From NCBI RefSeq assembly GCF_009914755.1, contig NC_060934.1: 64,000 bases of DNA, one strand, 5' to 3'. Made by a program: the position numbers and the translations under genes. This DNA is from the human T2T-CHM13v2.0 reference genome, Homo sapiens. Below are positions 22,353-41,841 of the stretch, piece after piece. The notes beneath the pieces are model-generated. The model did no database searches. It was given only the letters and a program-made list of their open reading frames with translations, and was not told the origin of the DNA. Within the stretch, counting starts at the first letter, position 1. Each line of letters opens with the position of its first letter.

Positions 22353-23042
22353 TTAGCTAAACCAAACCAATTCTAATTACCACGAGCACCACCACACACA
22401 CACACAAGCACCCCCTCAATTTATATGTCGTGTGGCCATCATTAGACCCAGTGAAAGCAGAGCAGTCACCACATGTCACTTGGCAGCCCTTGATTGTATA
22501 TATGCCTCCAGGAGAGTCCACCTGTCTCCCACTGGGTAAATTCCCTCAAGGGATATCTGGTCCAGTCTTTTAGGGCCTATGGGTATATCCCTGGGCAGCA
22601 TTCTCCGTAATTGGAGTTTCCAAAGAGTTTGCGCCATGGCAAAGAGGAGGCTGAATGCAGACTCTGCATCCTGCTCCCACACTGACTAAGCAGGCAGCAC
22701 CCTGCATGGTGCATCATGGTCCCCCATCCTCACCACCCTGAGGCCCCTTCCAGCTGGTAGTCACAAGAACTGGATGGGTTTGCTTTGTGTGGCTGGAACT
22801 GCACCCAGGTCTGCTTTTCCAGGGAGGTTTTCCTTTTCCTTGGCAACCATCATAAATTGTCCCCTCTAGGGGATTTCCCCAACCCTGAGCCACTATCTCA
22901 GGTCTCAGGGGTCGGGGGGCCCTCTCATCTTTCAGAACTTACTGATGATGCTTAGTAAAGCCCACCCTGCACACAGCATTGGCTTCCAGATGGCCCACAA
23001 ATAAGCATCAGGTGGGTCCATAGCCTACTCCGAATTATATCA

Positions 23043-23486
<444 letters not shown>

Positions 23487-23499
23487 TCACACCAGCGCT

Positions 23500-23850
23500 G
23501 TAAGGAAAGGTAGTGTTTTGGTTGCCTTCAACACCAAAAAGGTATTTCTCACAGTTCAGGAAGCTGGGAAGATCAAGATGCGGGGCGATTTGGTTTCTGG
23601 AGAGGGCACTTTTCCTAACTTACAGACAGCCGCCTTCTCACTATGCACTCACATGGCTTTCCTAGGCCCCGCATGAGGACAGAGCGCCCTCTCTCTTCCT
23701 TCTCTTGTAAGGAAACTAATCCTATCAGAGTAGGACACCACGGTAGGACCCCACTTAAACTTATTTTCCTCCTAAAAGCCCCAGCCCCAAATACAGTCGC
23801 TTTGGGGGTTAGGGCTTCAACATATGAATTTTGGGGAGATAGTCCATATC
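23500..23850 (-). mobile_element. MaLR LTR (MLT1A/MST-like)
   Basis: atttctcacagttcaggaagctgggaagatcaagat...tgggggttagggcttcaacatatgaattttggggaga. Confidence 0.75.
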
Positions 23851-24294
23851 ATAATCAAAGAAGCCTGTGTCCCAAAAAGGTGAAAAGCCAACAGAAGGCA
23901 ATGTGAGAAACCTCCAAAAGCAGAAGTTGTGTTTTCACCCTTGATGAGTTTATGTCCTGGTTGACTAAGCAGATCCACATGTGGTCAGAGAACAGAAAAA
24001 GTTGTTATAGACTGTTCAACAGTAGGGAAGAGTCCATTTCTGGCTTAATGCACAAACTTATGATGATTTCAAATTCCTTTAGATTTATTATTTCTCCAAA
24101 CTCAGCCATCCTAAACACGAAGTGCAAGTTTCGGAAGTATACTTTAATCCTGGCTAGCCCATTTTGAGTTCAGAGACTCCAGTGCGGCTCTACACAAAAA
24201 GTAAAAATAGGCATATCCTCGTCCAGCAGTGGATTCTCAATGAAAAACAAAACCAGAAATGTGTCAGGCACAGCGGCTCACACCTGTAATCCTA

Positions 24295-24694
<400 letters not shown>

Positions 24695-25629
24695 TCAAAG
24701 ACGTGCACGATGCGAATACGGCAACGCACGAGAAGAGGTCCAGATTTTCCCATTAAAGAGAAATCACTGGTGGCTTTGTGGAAAAAAAAAGCAGAGACAT
24801 TTCGCAGAAGCAGTAACTTCAACGATTTATAGTCCAAGTGATTGATTCCACACACAAAACAACATAGCTGGCCTTCACACCAACCCTGTGAGGAAAGGCT
24901 GTGTTTGGATACCTGTAATTTACTTTAAAATACTTTCCTACTGCGCAGGTACAGATAGGTTTGTTACGCTGATTGACTCCACAGGGTAGTGGGAGCTTCC
25001 TGCTCCAGCACGCTGCAAGGCCACACAGCAGGAGGCAGCAACTCCAGTGATTCCGTTTATCATTTTCTCCAATTAACACTAATGGCTGGGCGAATTAGCA
25101 CAATGAACATTAAAACTGTTTTCCCTGGTAAAAGTTAGTGACTTGTTAGCACAATAGAAGTGAAAATGAACAATGGTTGTCAAGTTAGCGGTATTTAAAC
25201 TCTGGAACTTAGCTCCAATCTCTGCTTGGAGCATCAGCGACACTCTAACCTTAATCCCTAAATCGGCCCAGCTGTGAAAGGATCCAGCTGTGAAATCATA
25301 GTAGCTTTTCAGGTTGCCTGATACCATCTAGAAGGGAAACATCCCTCCAACCTAAACTAGAACGAAACTTTCATATTGGATACGGACAGAACACCCAAAG
25401 GCCAAGGAGCTTGCACTTCGTGGAGCTCTTAGGCGGGCTGTTCCACAGTTGTGTGTGTGTCTGAGTCTCCTGCTTGCTGACCAATGTTTGAGGGTGTGGT
25501 CAAATGGATCTGAAACTTGTTTTCTTCATACATGGTAGCGAGGCTCTGAGGGAAGTACTAACCCTCGCCAATCTCTGATCATCGGCCACCAGCAAAGCTA
25601 CCAAGAGAAACTACTAGCAGTGCTTGACC

Positions 25630-26400
<771 letters not shown>

Positions 26401-26817
26401 TCTGCTGCTAGCCTGAAACCCGAGCTCAGTTCCCCGCCCTCTCTCTTCTGTTCCCAATTTCTAACCTTGTGGGATTACCGTGAGGGTTGTATGAGAAAGT
26501 TTGTATCTGACTCATGGTAGATTCAGGAACTATTAATTCCCTCTTCCGTTTATATAATCTACAAACTGAATAAATCATCTCTGCGTGATCTTGGGGCAAA
26601 TAAGATCCTAATAATGCCTTCGCTGCTGGCCTCTCCCCTGGGCCCCCACCTTTTTGAGCTATACTTTTAGGAAGTTAGAATGATGTACTTAAAAAAAGAA
26701 AAATGGCAGGAAAGGTCTAAAATTTTTTAACAACCAAAGCAACTTTATGAAAAGGTTTGTTAAACCTTTTATTGTATTTCCTTTATTGTATTACAATAAA
26801 CCAAATAATCACCATGA

Positions 26818-27159
<342 letters not shown>

Positions 27160-28119
27160 TGAGCCATTGTACCTGGCTTTCCAGGCCTCCATAACACTTG
27201 AAGTCCCACTTTGTGCACAGCACTGTGACAAACCTTCGGGTAGCATTCAATCTATCTGGCGACAACATGTTTGCAGAATATGGCAAATAAATGCTTCCAC
27301 AGAGACGCAAGGTAACGTGAGAACAAATCCAGGAAGAAAGATTTCTGACCAGGGAAATCAGGAATCAGAATGCCATCCCAGCCCACCTCAGTGGCTCATG
27401 CCTGTAATCCCAGCACTTTGGAGGGCTGAGGCAGGTGATCACCTGAGGTCAGGAGTTCAGGACCAGCCTGGACAACATGGTGAAACCCCATCTCTACTAA
27501 AAATACAAAAATCGGCCGGGCATGGTGGCACACATCTCCAGCTACTCGGGAGGCCGAGGCAGGAGAATCACTTGAACCTGGGAGGCGGAGGTTGCAGTGA
27601 GCCTAGATCATGTCAGTTCACTCCAGCCTGGGCAACAGAGAGAGACTCTGTCTCAAAAAAACAAAACAAAACAGAATGACATCCCTAGTGAATGTCAGCT
27701 TGTGCCTGTAGCCATGATACTCAGAGTTCTATTCAAATACAGATTTCCATGAAATCTTGAGGAGGGGGAGGAGGGGTGACATGGAAAGGTATACACAACA
27801 TAATCACTAATTGAGGTAAAATATCCTGCTAGTATACTACTGGCAACACCTTTGATGGTTTGTCTTAGAACACATGGGAACAACTGCCCTGGCAGGGTTA
27901 TGGAGACCTAACAACAAATTCTGCTGTGAGTCTAGTGTCCGAAGAATCTCACGGTAGAGCTCCAGGAAAGGCAGGTCAAGTTAATGCTCGTGATCTTATG
28001 TATTTGCTCACTTATTTATCTCCTCCTCTTTCCACAATGGATACAGTACAAACAAAGGGAAATAGAGTCAGGACAAAGAGAAAGACAGGATAGAAAATAG
28101 GCAAGATAGGTAAGCATAG

Positions 28120-28426
<307 letters not shown>

Positions 28427-28433
28427 CTACTCA

Positions 28434-28571
<138 letters not shown>

Positions 28572-28639
28572 TCAAGAAGTCTGGGGCAGGAATTCAGGTA
28601 GGAAGCTGCTGCAATACTGCAGGAAATGTGATGGTGAAG

Positions 28640-30260
<1,621 letters not shown>

Positions 30261-30572
30261 AGTTTTTTGTTTTTAGTTTTACTAAGTATTGCCTTTGTTT
30301 TAGTATGACTCGTTTATTTAGAAGTTTATATAATTTAATTTGTGATATGTCTTGTGTTTTTGTTTTGTTTGGGGCAGGTGCCCGAGGCCCTTGTCATCTT
30401 CATTGACTCCAGCTCATGGCTTGTATTTAACAACGAGCTCAGAAAAATTCCTAAAAATTTAATTACTGAGTCTCCAGAGCTCTAATGAGCTGGCTCCAGC
30501 ACACAATTGCTCCTTTCTTTCATTCAACAATTTGACAAGTCCTGATGGCTCTACATTCAAAACATGTAAATT

Positions 30573-30912
<340 letters not shown>

Positions 30913-31179
30913 TTAGATAGTACTGTAATATAGTAATAGATAATGCTAGAAAAAATAATTAAAGCTATAGATATCATCTATTGTAGGTTTACTGATTGTC
31001 AGGCACTATGGCGACTCTCTGGAATGGTTCATTCCTCGCAAATGAATAGATAGGAGATATCTACTATCAGGAACTACAAACACAGTCTCCGTGCTGTGAT
31101 CCGCTTTCACAGGGAATTTTGTCTGGGATTCAAGTAGCGGCAAGTAACCCTTTTTCGCCCTCCATCTCTGCTCAGGGGT

Positions 31180-32130
31180 GAGCCCTGGCAGCGCTCCTAC
31201 CTGGGACCTACATTGGCTTAGTAAGATGGGCCGGCGCCCACCCCAGCCCTCGCGCATGCGCATAAAAGCCCACTCCCGGGGGCGGGGCCTGAGCTAGCTG
31301 GGCGGGGCCTGAAGGAGCCGGGAGCTCCTGCAGCTTCATCGCGTTACTAAGAGACGCGAGGGTCGCGAAGGGCACAACACTTGGCCTCTCGCTGGCCCTG
31401 CTCGCGGATCCCGAGTAGAGAACGCAAGCACCCACGCCCGCCTGCAAGCTCCCGGGCGCCCCCGGCCTCTCCTGCTCGGCGGAACGAGGATAACCCAGTA
31501 GAGCCGGACCCAGGGGTGGGTGGATGCGTCGCTGGAGGCGAGGGCCCTGCCCGCCAACCCCTGCGCCCCGGCCGTAGCCCCACCCCGGAAGTTCTTGCCC
31601 CGCCTTCTCGGCTCCGCAGTTCTCTGCTGTCTCCTGAGGTTTGCCAGGGAGATCCCGTGGTTTTCATGTCTCTTCCGTGATTTTCAGGGAAGAGGGTCAC
31701 TATTTGGCCCTTCCAGAATCTCAGGGTCCGGTTCTCCCGGAAGTTTCCGGGCCGCCCCGGACCCCATTGGCTTTAGGGGCCGCGTCTCCGAGGGCTCCGA
31801 TTTGGGCCCTAGATTTTGGAATACTGTGTTTTGTCCGTCCCAGCCTTCACCAGGCGGATTTCATCTCCCACACAGTTAGTGATTTATGGCAGAAAGGAAG
31901 CTGGAGGGATGGGGACTGCAGGTTAGCTGTGAGGGCCGGAAGGGAGCGGTTTTGTGCTGCACACAGGCAGGTCAGCACTCCCAGAGCAGGGACCGCCGGG
32001 CGTGCTTTCGGAACCGCTTTTGTCTTTCAAATGAACGCCCAGCGACAGCAGACGGGAGTTCCAGGACCTTAGAGACCGGCTAATGCTTCTCTTTAAGTTA
32101 GGAAACAGGCGCAGGCGTGTTCATGGCCTT
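31180..32130. promoter_or_regulatory. CpG island / MEIG1 promoter
   Basis: CpG-dense; NRF1-type GCGCATGCGCA at 31252-31262, two GGGCGGGGCC GC boxes near 31280-31310, X-box-like GTTACTAAGAGAC at 31343-31355. Confidence 0.8.
31390..31515 (+). other. MEIG1: Probable non-coding first exon of MEIG1 (start approximate)
   Basis: Lies in the CpG island downstream of the promoter motifs; donor candidate GGG|GTGGGT at 31516; exon 2 opens with an acceptor and 29 nt of UTR, so an upstream exon is required. Confidence 0.6.
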
Positions 32131-32364
32131 GCCTAAGGTTACGTGCTGGTTACAGGGCTCCTCCTGCTGCCTCTTAAGAACAGAAATAATCTAATAGGAG
32201 GAATAAAAGGGACTATTAGGGAGGCTAATGCTCTTGAAGTTTTAATACTACTAAAAGTAAAAGCGCTTTTCAGAGTGAAAGGGAAGTGAAAAGGGAATTT
32301 GGGTGGCTGGCTACATCAGAAGCTTCTGTTCCAACTTTAGATTGTCAGGGAGTTGAGATGGTGT

Positions 32365-32670
<306 letters not shown>

Positions 32671-33017
32671 GAGATGGTGTGTTTTTAAAATAACGTGCCC
32701 GAGGCCGGGCGTGGTGGCTCACCCCTGTAATCCCAGCACTTTGGGAGGCTGAGGCAGGCGGATCACCTGAGGTCGGGAATTCGAGACCAGCCTGACCAAC
32801 ATGGGAAAACCTCGTCTCTACTAAAAATACAAAAAAATTAACCAGGCATGGTGGCGCATGCCTGTAATTCCAGCTACTCGGGAGGCTGAGGCAGGAGAAT
32901 CGCTTTAACCTGGGAGGCGGAGGTTGTGGTGAGACAAGATCACGCCATGGCGCTCCAGCCTGAGCAACAAGAGTGAAACTCCATCTCAAAAAAATAATAA
33001 ATAAATAAATAAAATAA

Positions 33018-33322
33018 CATGCTCCTCAATTTAACTATGGGATTATGTCCCAATACACCCATGGTAGGTCGAAAATGCATTTAATGCACCTAGCCAACTT
33101 TAAACGTCCTCAGAACACTTAGCTCCCCTGCAGTTGGGCAACATCATCTAACACAAAGCCTATTTTATAATAAAGTGTTGACTATGTCATGTAACTTACT
33201 GAATACTGAATTCAAAGTGGAAAACAGAATGGTTGCGTGGGTACTCGAATTACTGAATGCGTATTGCTTTTGCACCATGGTAAAGTGGAGATATGAGTTG
33301 AACCATTCCACGGGACCATCTG
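33018..33322 (+). mobile_element. Tigger-family MITE (MER47-like)
   Basis: atgctcctcaatttaactatgggattatgtccc start, gggaccatctg-TA end, internal ctaacacaaagcctattttataataaagtgttg. Confidence 0.65.
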
Positions 33323-33594
33323 TATGCATATAAACCCTAAGTATTTCATATAATTCAGTTTCACAAACCAGAAACTCAGGCATTGCTGTTTCCTGTTTGT
33401 GGAGCTACAACTTGGTATTTTAGATGTCAAATTTATTTATTTTTTTGAGATGGTGTCTTGCTCTGTCACCCAGGCTGGAGTGCAGTGGTGCGATCTTGGC
33501 TCACCGCAACCTCCGTCTCCTGGGTTCAAGTGATTCTCCTGCCTCAGCCTCCCGAAGTAGCTGGGACTACAGGCAGCCGCCACCGCATCCGGCT

Positions 33595-33634
<40 letters not shown>

Positions 33635-33692
33635 TAGAGACAGGTTTTCACCAGGTTGGCTAGGCTGGTCTCGAACCCTTGACCTCAGGTGA

Positions 33693-33833
<141 letters not shown>

Positions 33834-35061
33834 TGACTTGATCACAGCTCACTGTGGCCTCAACCTTGGGGGATCAAACAATCCTCCCACCTTAGCCTCC
33901 CCAGTAGCTGAGACTACAGTCATGGGCCACCACACCCAGCTAATTTTATTTTTTGTAGAGATAGGGTCTCACTACGTTGCCCAGGGTGGTCTTGAACTCG
34001 GACTCAAATGATCCTCCCTCCTCAGTCTCAGAAAGAGCTGGGATTACAGGTGTGAGCCGCTGCATCCGGCCATTAAATGTATTTTTTATCAATTCTTTTT
34101 TTGGCACAACTGCCAGCAAAGAAACCACTCAGTCTGCAAGAGCTAAGTACTAGCAGAATTAGAACTGCCACTGAATTTCCTAGAATCACTGAAAAATTTA
34201 ATCAAGGAATTGTAAGTTGATCTTTCCTAATTTTAGTTTCATTTTGTGTTTTTAATAAACTGAAAGTAAGGGCAAAAAAAAAGAATTTCCACCACCACTT
34301 ATATAGCGTAGTTACAGTAGTCACTAGAGTTCCTACTATGGTGAAATTTACATTCATATTCTCTTTAGGTATTTTGGGAAAATAAAATTTTGAAATGCTT
34401 AATAATAACCGGAGGATGTCTGTTTCTACTGAGAAAAGTGGTGATTTCCCCCAAAGTCCAATTGAATACAGCATATTTTCTGCTCTTCTATTAAATGTAG
34501 CATTTTTATGTATAGTTGCCATAATTTTTTGAGCTGAAAGTGACAAAAGGTTACATAGATGGCATTCAAGAAAATACGTTTCGAATGAATATGAGCAAAA
34601 AGTCAAGCCTAAAGCAAAAAGGGCATAGATAAGACAAAAATTAAGATTGTATCACTACATGTGCTTCATCTGTAAAAGTCCTGTAAGTAATACAGTCACT
34701 AAATTCATATAAAAATATGACTAATTTGGAAGTTTTTTTTTTTTTCTTTTTTTCAGACAGTCTCGCTCTGTCACCCAGGCTGGAGTGCAGTGGCACCATC
34801 TCGGCTCACTGCAACCTCCATCTCCCAGGTTCAAGCAGTTCTCTGCCTCAGCCTCCTGATTAGCTGGAATTACAGGCATGCGCCACCATGCCCGGCTAAT
34901 TTTTATATTTTTAGTAGACACGGGGTTTCACCATCTTGGCCAGGCTGGTCTTGAACTCCTGACCTCGTGATCCACCCACTTCAGTCTCCCAGAGTGCTGG
35001 GATTACAGGCGTGAGCCACCGTTCCTGTCCTGAAAGTATTTTAATACAGTGAATTCACTAA

Positions 35062-35377
<316 letters not shown>

Positions 35378-35961
35378 TAATATTTCTTAGAACCTTTTTC
35401 CTGTGTAATATATCTATATTCCTGTGTAATGTTTCATATTATATATATGAATGGATTCTTAGGCTGTATCACATGTCCAACTCACCTCTTTGTCATAGCT
35501 GGTATATTGCTATTATATTGTGCAGCAGTGGAGTAGTGAACTTCCCACTAGAATGAATGGCATTAAAGGAGAAAGGTTTCACTGAAGCGTGGCTTATTTG
35601 TTTTGCCAGGTGTTCCAAATTTTACATAAACTCGTATAATACTGTAAAACTGGACCGGGTGCGGTGGCTTACGCCTGTAATCACAGCACTTTGAGAGGCC
35701 GAGGTACACGATCACTTGAGGCCAGGAGTTCAAGACCAGCCTGAGAAACATGGTGAAACCCATCTCTGCTAAAAATATAAAAATTTGGCAAGGCATGGCG
35801 GCTCACGCCTGTAATCCCAGCCTTTTGGGGGGCTGAGGCAGGCGGATCATGAGTTCAGGAGATCCAGAACATCCTGGCTAACACAGTGAAACCCCGTCTC
35901 TACTAAAAATACAAAAAATTAGCTGGGCATGGTAGCGGGCGCCTGTAGTCCCAGCTACTCA

Positions 35962-36135
<174 letters not shown>

Positions 36136-36512
36136 CTAAATAGGAAGAGCATTAGAACATCTTTCTTGTTTTTCATAGAAAAGAGTCCATTGGTACTTGT
36201 GACTTAGCCTCCTAACAGTCTTCATTATCTTTTTTTACCAACCACTAAGGGAACATTTAGGCTACATCTTTCATATTGAAGAAATATTTGTCTGAAATTC
36301 AGCAAGTCTGTCTATTTTATTTCCATTTCCTATTTTTCCTCTATTAAATCCAAGTGAAGCTAAATTTATGTCTTGTAAAAGCATTTATTAGATGATCCTT
36401 TTAAATAAAACTTTTAAGTCTATGTTAATTAATCGTATATTTAGCATGATTTTTACCCAGTATGAAGGATGGATATTTCTAATTAACGTCATGCTTATTT
36501 TGAGTTTTCCTT

Positions 36513-36528
36513 TATATATATGTATATA

Positions 36529-36574
<46 letters not shown>

Positions 36575-36598
36575 CACACACACACATATATATGTATA
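36513..36598. repeat. Compound (TA)n/(TG)n/(TA)n/(CA)n microsatellite
   Basis: Directly visible dinucleotide runs. Confidence 0.95.
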
Positions 36599-36720
36599 CT
36601 TTTTTTTTTTTTTTTTTTTTTTTGGAGCCAGAGTCTTGCTCTGTCACCCAGGCTGGAGTGCAACCTCCACCTCCTGGGTTTCAAGCGATTCTCAAGCCTC
36701 AGCCTCCCAAGTAGCTGTGA

Positions 36721-37065
<345 letters not shown>

Positions 37066-37640
37066 TAATGTATTTCTTGACCTTTTAAACATAATGAGCA
37101 TTTGTTATTGTGATTGAAAAAAATTCATAAAATATTAATTTATTTACAGGATCTGACTTTAATGTGTTTCAGCCAATAGAAATATATTTTAATAGAAGAA
37201 TGCATTCAAGGAATCATAGTGAAAATTCTGTACACTTTATTTCAGTTAAATGACTGATATATTTTGTTAATAAAATAAGTAGCTGAGAAAACAAGTGTAA
37301 GATTATGCCTTTGAAAAACTTGCTATGGAAGTTCGGTGAATAGACAATTACATGAACTAAAGTCGTATATTAGACTTTCCAAGACTATTAGTGACCTCCT
37401 ACACTGTTTTTAAATCCATGGTCTCAGTACCACGACAGCCACACAGTGTGCATGGAATCTGTGTTAGGCCATTTTCTCACATTAGTTCATCAAAAGATCA
37501 GGTACTACAGTGACCTCAGTAAATGAATTGCAGCAATTGGGATGTCTCCAAGCAATTAAGAAGTGAAAAAGAATAAACCATCCCCTCCCAGAAACAAGAA
37601 AGCGAACAGAGTGAGAAGACGGGTCTTACATTCCCTTTTT

Positions 37641-37666
37641 GAGAGAGAGAGAGAGAGAGAGAGAGA
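37641..37666. repeat. (GA)n microsatellite
   Basis: Run of gagaga. Confidence 0.95.
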
Positions 37667-37989
37667 TGCAGCTTTGAATATAAGTAATGGAATGGTGGTG
37701 GATATTTTGACAATCTACTGAGCATGTTTTCAGAAATGTGCAAACTATTACCTGGAACTCCAGTATTTGCATACAGCTTTTAGAACATCAGTCCGTAACT
37801 CCAACTCTGACTGGGATTTTATTGATAAAGAAAAAAACAGTTTTGTATGTATCTTTCAGGGACTTGGGGTTTTTTTTGTTTGTTTCTTACAGTTTTATCC
37901 CCACAAAATAGAGCATGAATCCTTCTCAATCTTGGAATTGTATGTTTAAAAACTACTATATTTAATGGGATTCTCAACTCTAAGTATAA

Positions 37990-38298
<309 letters not shown>

Positions 38299-38424
38299 TG
38301 AGCCACCGCACCCGGCCAGTTTTGTTTATTCTTAAAGGGAATTTCAAAATTGTCACTATTACATTATCCATTAATGTTGTTTTAACATCTTTCAGATATT
38401 ATTGATAATAAGGCCTCTGTAACC

Positions 38425-38562
38425 ATGGCTAGTTCTGACGTAAAACCAACATCAGTAAGTCATGCCAAAAAATGGTCAGAAGAGATAGAAAATCTGTACA
38501 GATTTCAACAAGCAGGATATCGGGATGAAACCGAATATAGACAAGTGAAACAAGTTTCTATG
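38425..38562 (+). CDS. MEIG1: MEIG1 first coding exon (meiosis/spermiogenesis associated 1)
   Basis: Acceptor tttcag ends 38395; Kozak ACCATGG; [46 protein letters not shown]; ATG|gtaaga donor. Confidence 0.96.
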
Positions 38563-39591
38563 GTAAGATTTCTGTCTCTACAAACCTCAACTCGAAATGT
38601 ATTTCTCAGATGCTGAAAAGTATTTTATAAACAACCAGAGAATAACTGAAGGAAATTCGACTCCAACTCTCTCATTTTATTTGTTTTCTTTTATTTACTT
38701 TTATTTTATTTTTTGAGACAGAGTCTCATTCTGTCACCCAGGCTGGAGTGCAGTGACGCAATCTCGGCACACTCCACCTCCCGGATTCAAGGGATTCTCT
38801 TGCCTCAGCCTCGCGAGTAGCTGGGATCACAGGCGTGCACCACCACGCCTGGCTAATTTTTGTATTTTTGTAGAGACGGGATTCTGCCGTGTTTGGCCAG
38901 GCTGGTCTTGAACTCCTGACCTCGAGTGATCCACGCACCTAAGCCTTCCAGAGTGCTAGGATTACAGGCAATAGCCAGGACGCCCAGCCAGACTCTCTCA
39001 TCTTATTAACGGGGAGAGGCCCAGAAGAATGATTTGCAGGCAGAGTGGGAGAAGAGGTGGTCGTTCAGCTGGGCACATTCAGAATTTTCTCTTTTATTGA
39101 GCAACTGTGCTCTGCTAAATTAATCTTTTGCGGTAGACCACAAAAAAAAAAGCTTTTTTCCTCACTCAGGTGATTTCATTATCAGATAATCAGTATGTTG
39201 GGTAACTATTATTTCCCTCCTGTTACTTTTTATTTTAACCATGAATTAGAAAGAGGTTAAAATCCTGTGGTTTTTGGGGCAATTATACCTTACAAACAAA
39301 AGTGTTAGAACAACTCGTGACTTTGGTAGTATATCCCAGGCTTTCCTGAGAGGGTAGAGACCTAGCTTTGCTTTATGAAGGCTAGACCAAAGTCTAGATT
39401 TGGCTCCCGTTTATACAGTGTGGTTCTTCTTAACTTATTTATTCTCTTGGCTACTAAGATACTTTTTTTTTTTTTTTGAGACAGAGTCTCGCTCTGTCAC
39501 CCAGGCTGGAGTGCACTGGCGCAATCTCGGCTCACTGCAACCTCCGCCTCCCGGGTTCAAGTGATTCTTAAGAGACGTGTTTTTACAAATT

Positions 39592-39944
39592 CAGTTCACC
39601 CCTGAACAACACAGGGACTAGGGGCTTCAATGCTTCATGCCGTCAAAAATTTGTGTATAACTTTTGACTCCCCATAACAACTACTAGTAACCTAGTGTTA
39701 ACAGAAACTCTTGCCCATAAGGTGAATAATTGATCAACCCAGGAATACACTAATATCTTGATATATTTTATGCATTCATGACAAACCTTTTTCTTAATTA
39801 TTTTTGATATTTATAGTCTGTGTGGTTTGCAACTTTTTTCAAATCGTTGCAAATCTCAAAAAAAATTTCAACAAATTTTTTGAAAACAATCCATGTATAT
39901 ATGGACTCCCCAAGTTCAAACTTGCATTGGTCAAGGGTCAACTG
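39592..39944. mobile_element. Tigger2/MER8-like DNA transposon derivative
   Basis: Terminal inverted repeats CAGTTCACCCCTGAAC ... GTCAAGGGTCAACTG followed by TA. Confidence 0.8.
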
Positions 39945-40253
39945 TATTGTAAAATATGACATAGTATTCATAAATATATTTTAATTTTTAGATTTGGGAT
40001 TATAACAGTGTTTATTAACTCAGTTGTTTATTTTTACTTTTTACTAACTCATCATTTTTCAGATTCTAATGTGTAGATTTTGCAGATCACTATAAGCTCT
40101 TCTTTTTCTTTTATTCTATTCTTTGACCTCTACTTAAAAATTCCTTTAAAAGTACATAGGAGGCTGGGAGTGGTGGCTCACGCCTGCAATCCCAGCCCTT
40201 TGGGAGGCCGAGGTAGGCAGATCACTTGAGGTAATGAGTTTGGGACCAGCCTA

Positions 40254-40409
<156 letters not shown>

Positions 40410-40873
40410 CTACAGCCTGGGCAACAAAGCGAAACCCCATCTCAAATAAATAAATTAATTAATTAAATTAAAATTTTAAAAGTACATAGGAAAAATAATG
40501 GAGGCAATATGGAACTATCATGTTATTACCTCTTCAATAGACATTAATTTAATGACATTATTGTGGTTAACAATACAATTTAAAATACTGATCAAGTGAA
40601 GATTGATTACTGTGACTTCCATGTATCTGTCTTCTCAACCATTATACTCTATCCCCATTGCCAAGGATAATTTTCATTACTATATCATCTATGGCTTTTA
40701 AACAGAAAAAACAGAAGCATTATCATTTTTATGCTGTTTAAAATAAGCTTTGGGCTGGGCGTGTTGGCTCACACCTGTAATCCCAGCAGTTTGGGAGGCC
40801 GAGACAGGTGGATCATCTGAGGTTGGGAGTTTGAGACCAGCCTGACCAATATGGAGAAACCCTATCTCTACTA

Positions 40874-41032
<159 letters not shown>

Positions 41033-41571
41033 TCAAATAAATAAATAAATAAAATAAGTTTCATACCCTGCCTTAAGACTGGGATGCCCCTAAAGATACA
41101 CAAGCCTCAGACTCATAGGCGGCCAGCTGTGGTGGCTTACGCCTCTAAGCCCAGTGCTTTGGGAGGCTGAGGGTGAAGGATTGCTTGAGGCCAGGATTTT
41201 GAGACCAGTCTGGGTGACATAGTGAGAACCCATTTCTACAAAAAAGTTTTTTTAATTAGCCAGGCATGGTGGAGTGTCTCTGTAGTCCCAGCTACTGGGA
41301 GGCTCAGGTGGGAGGATTGCTTGAGTGCAGGAGATCGAGGCTGCAGTGACCTGTGATCACATCACTGCACACCAGCCTGGGTGAGAGAGCAAGACCCTGT
41401 CTCAAAAAAAAAAAAAGAAAAAAGGAAAAAAGAAAAGAAAGTTGTCACAAGAATTAAATGTAATCACATGTTTGAAGTGCCTGACATTATAGTGCTCATA
41501 ATTTGTTGGGCTGGGCACAGTGGCTCACGCCTGTAATCCTAGCACTTTGGGAGGCAGAGGCGGGCCGTTCA

Positions 41572-41841
<270 letters not shown>

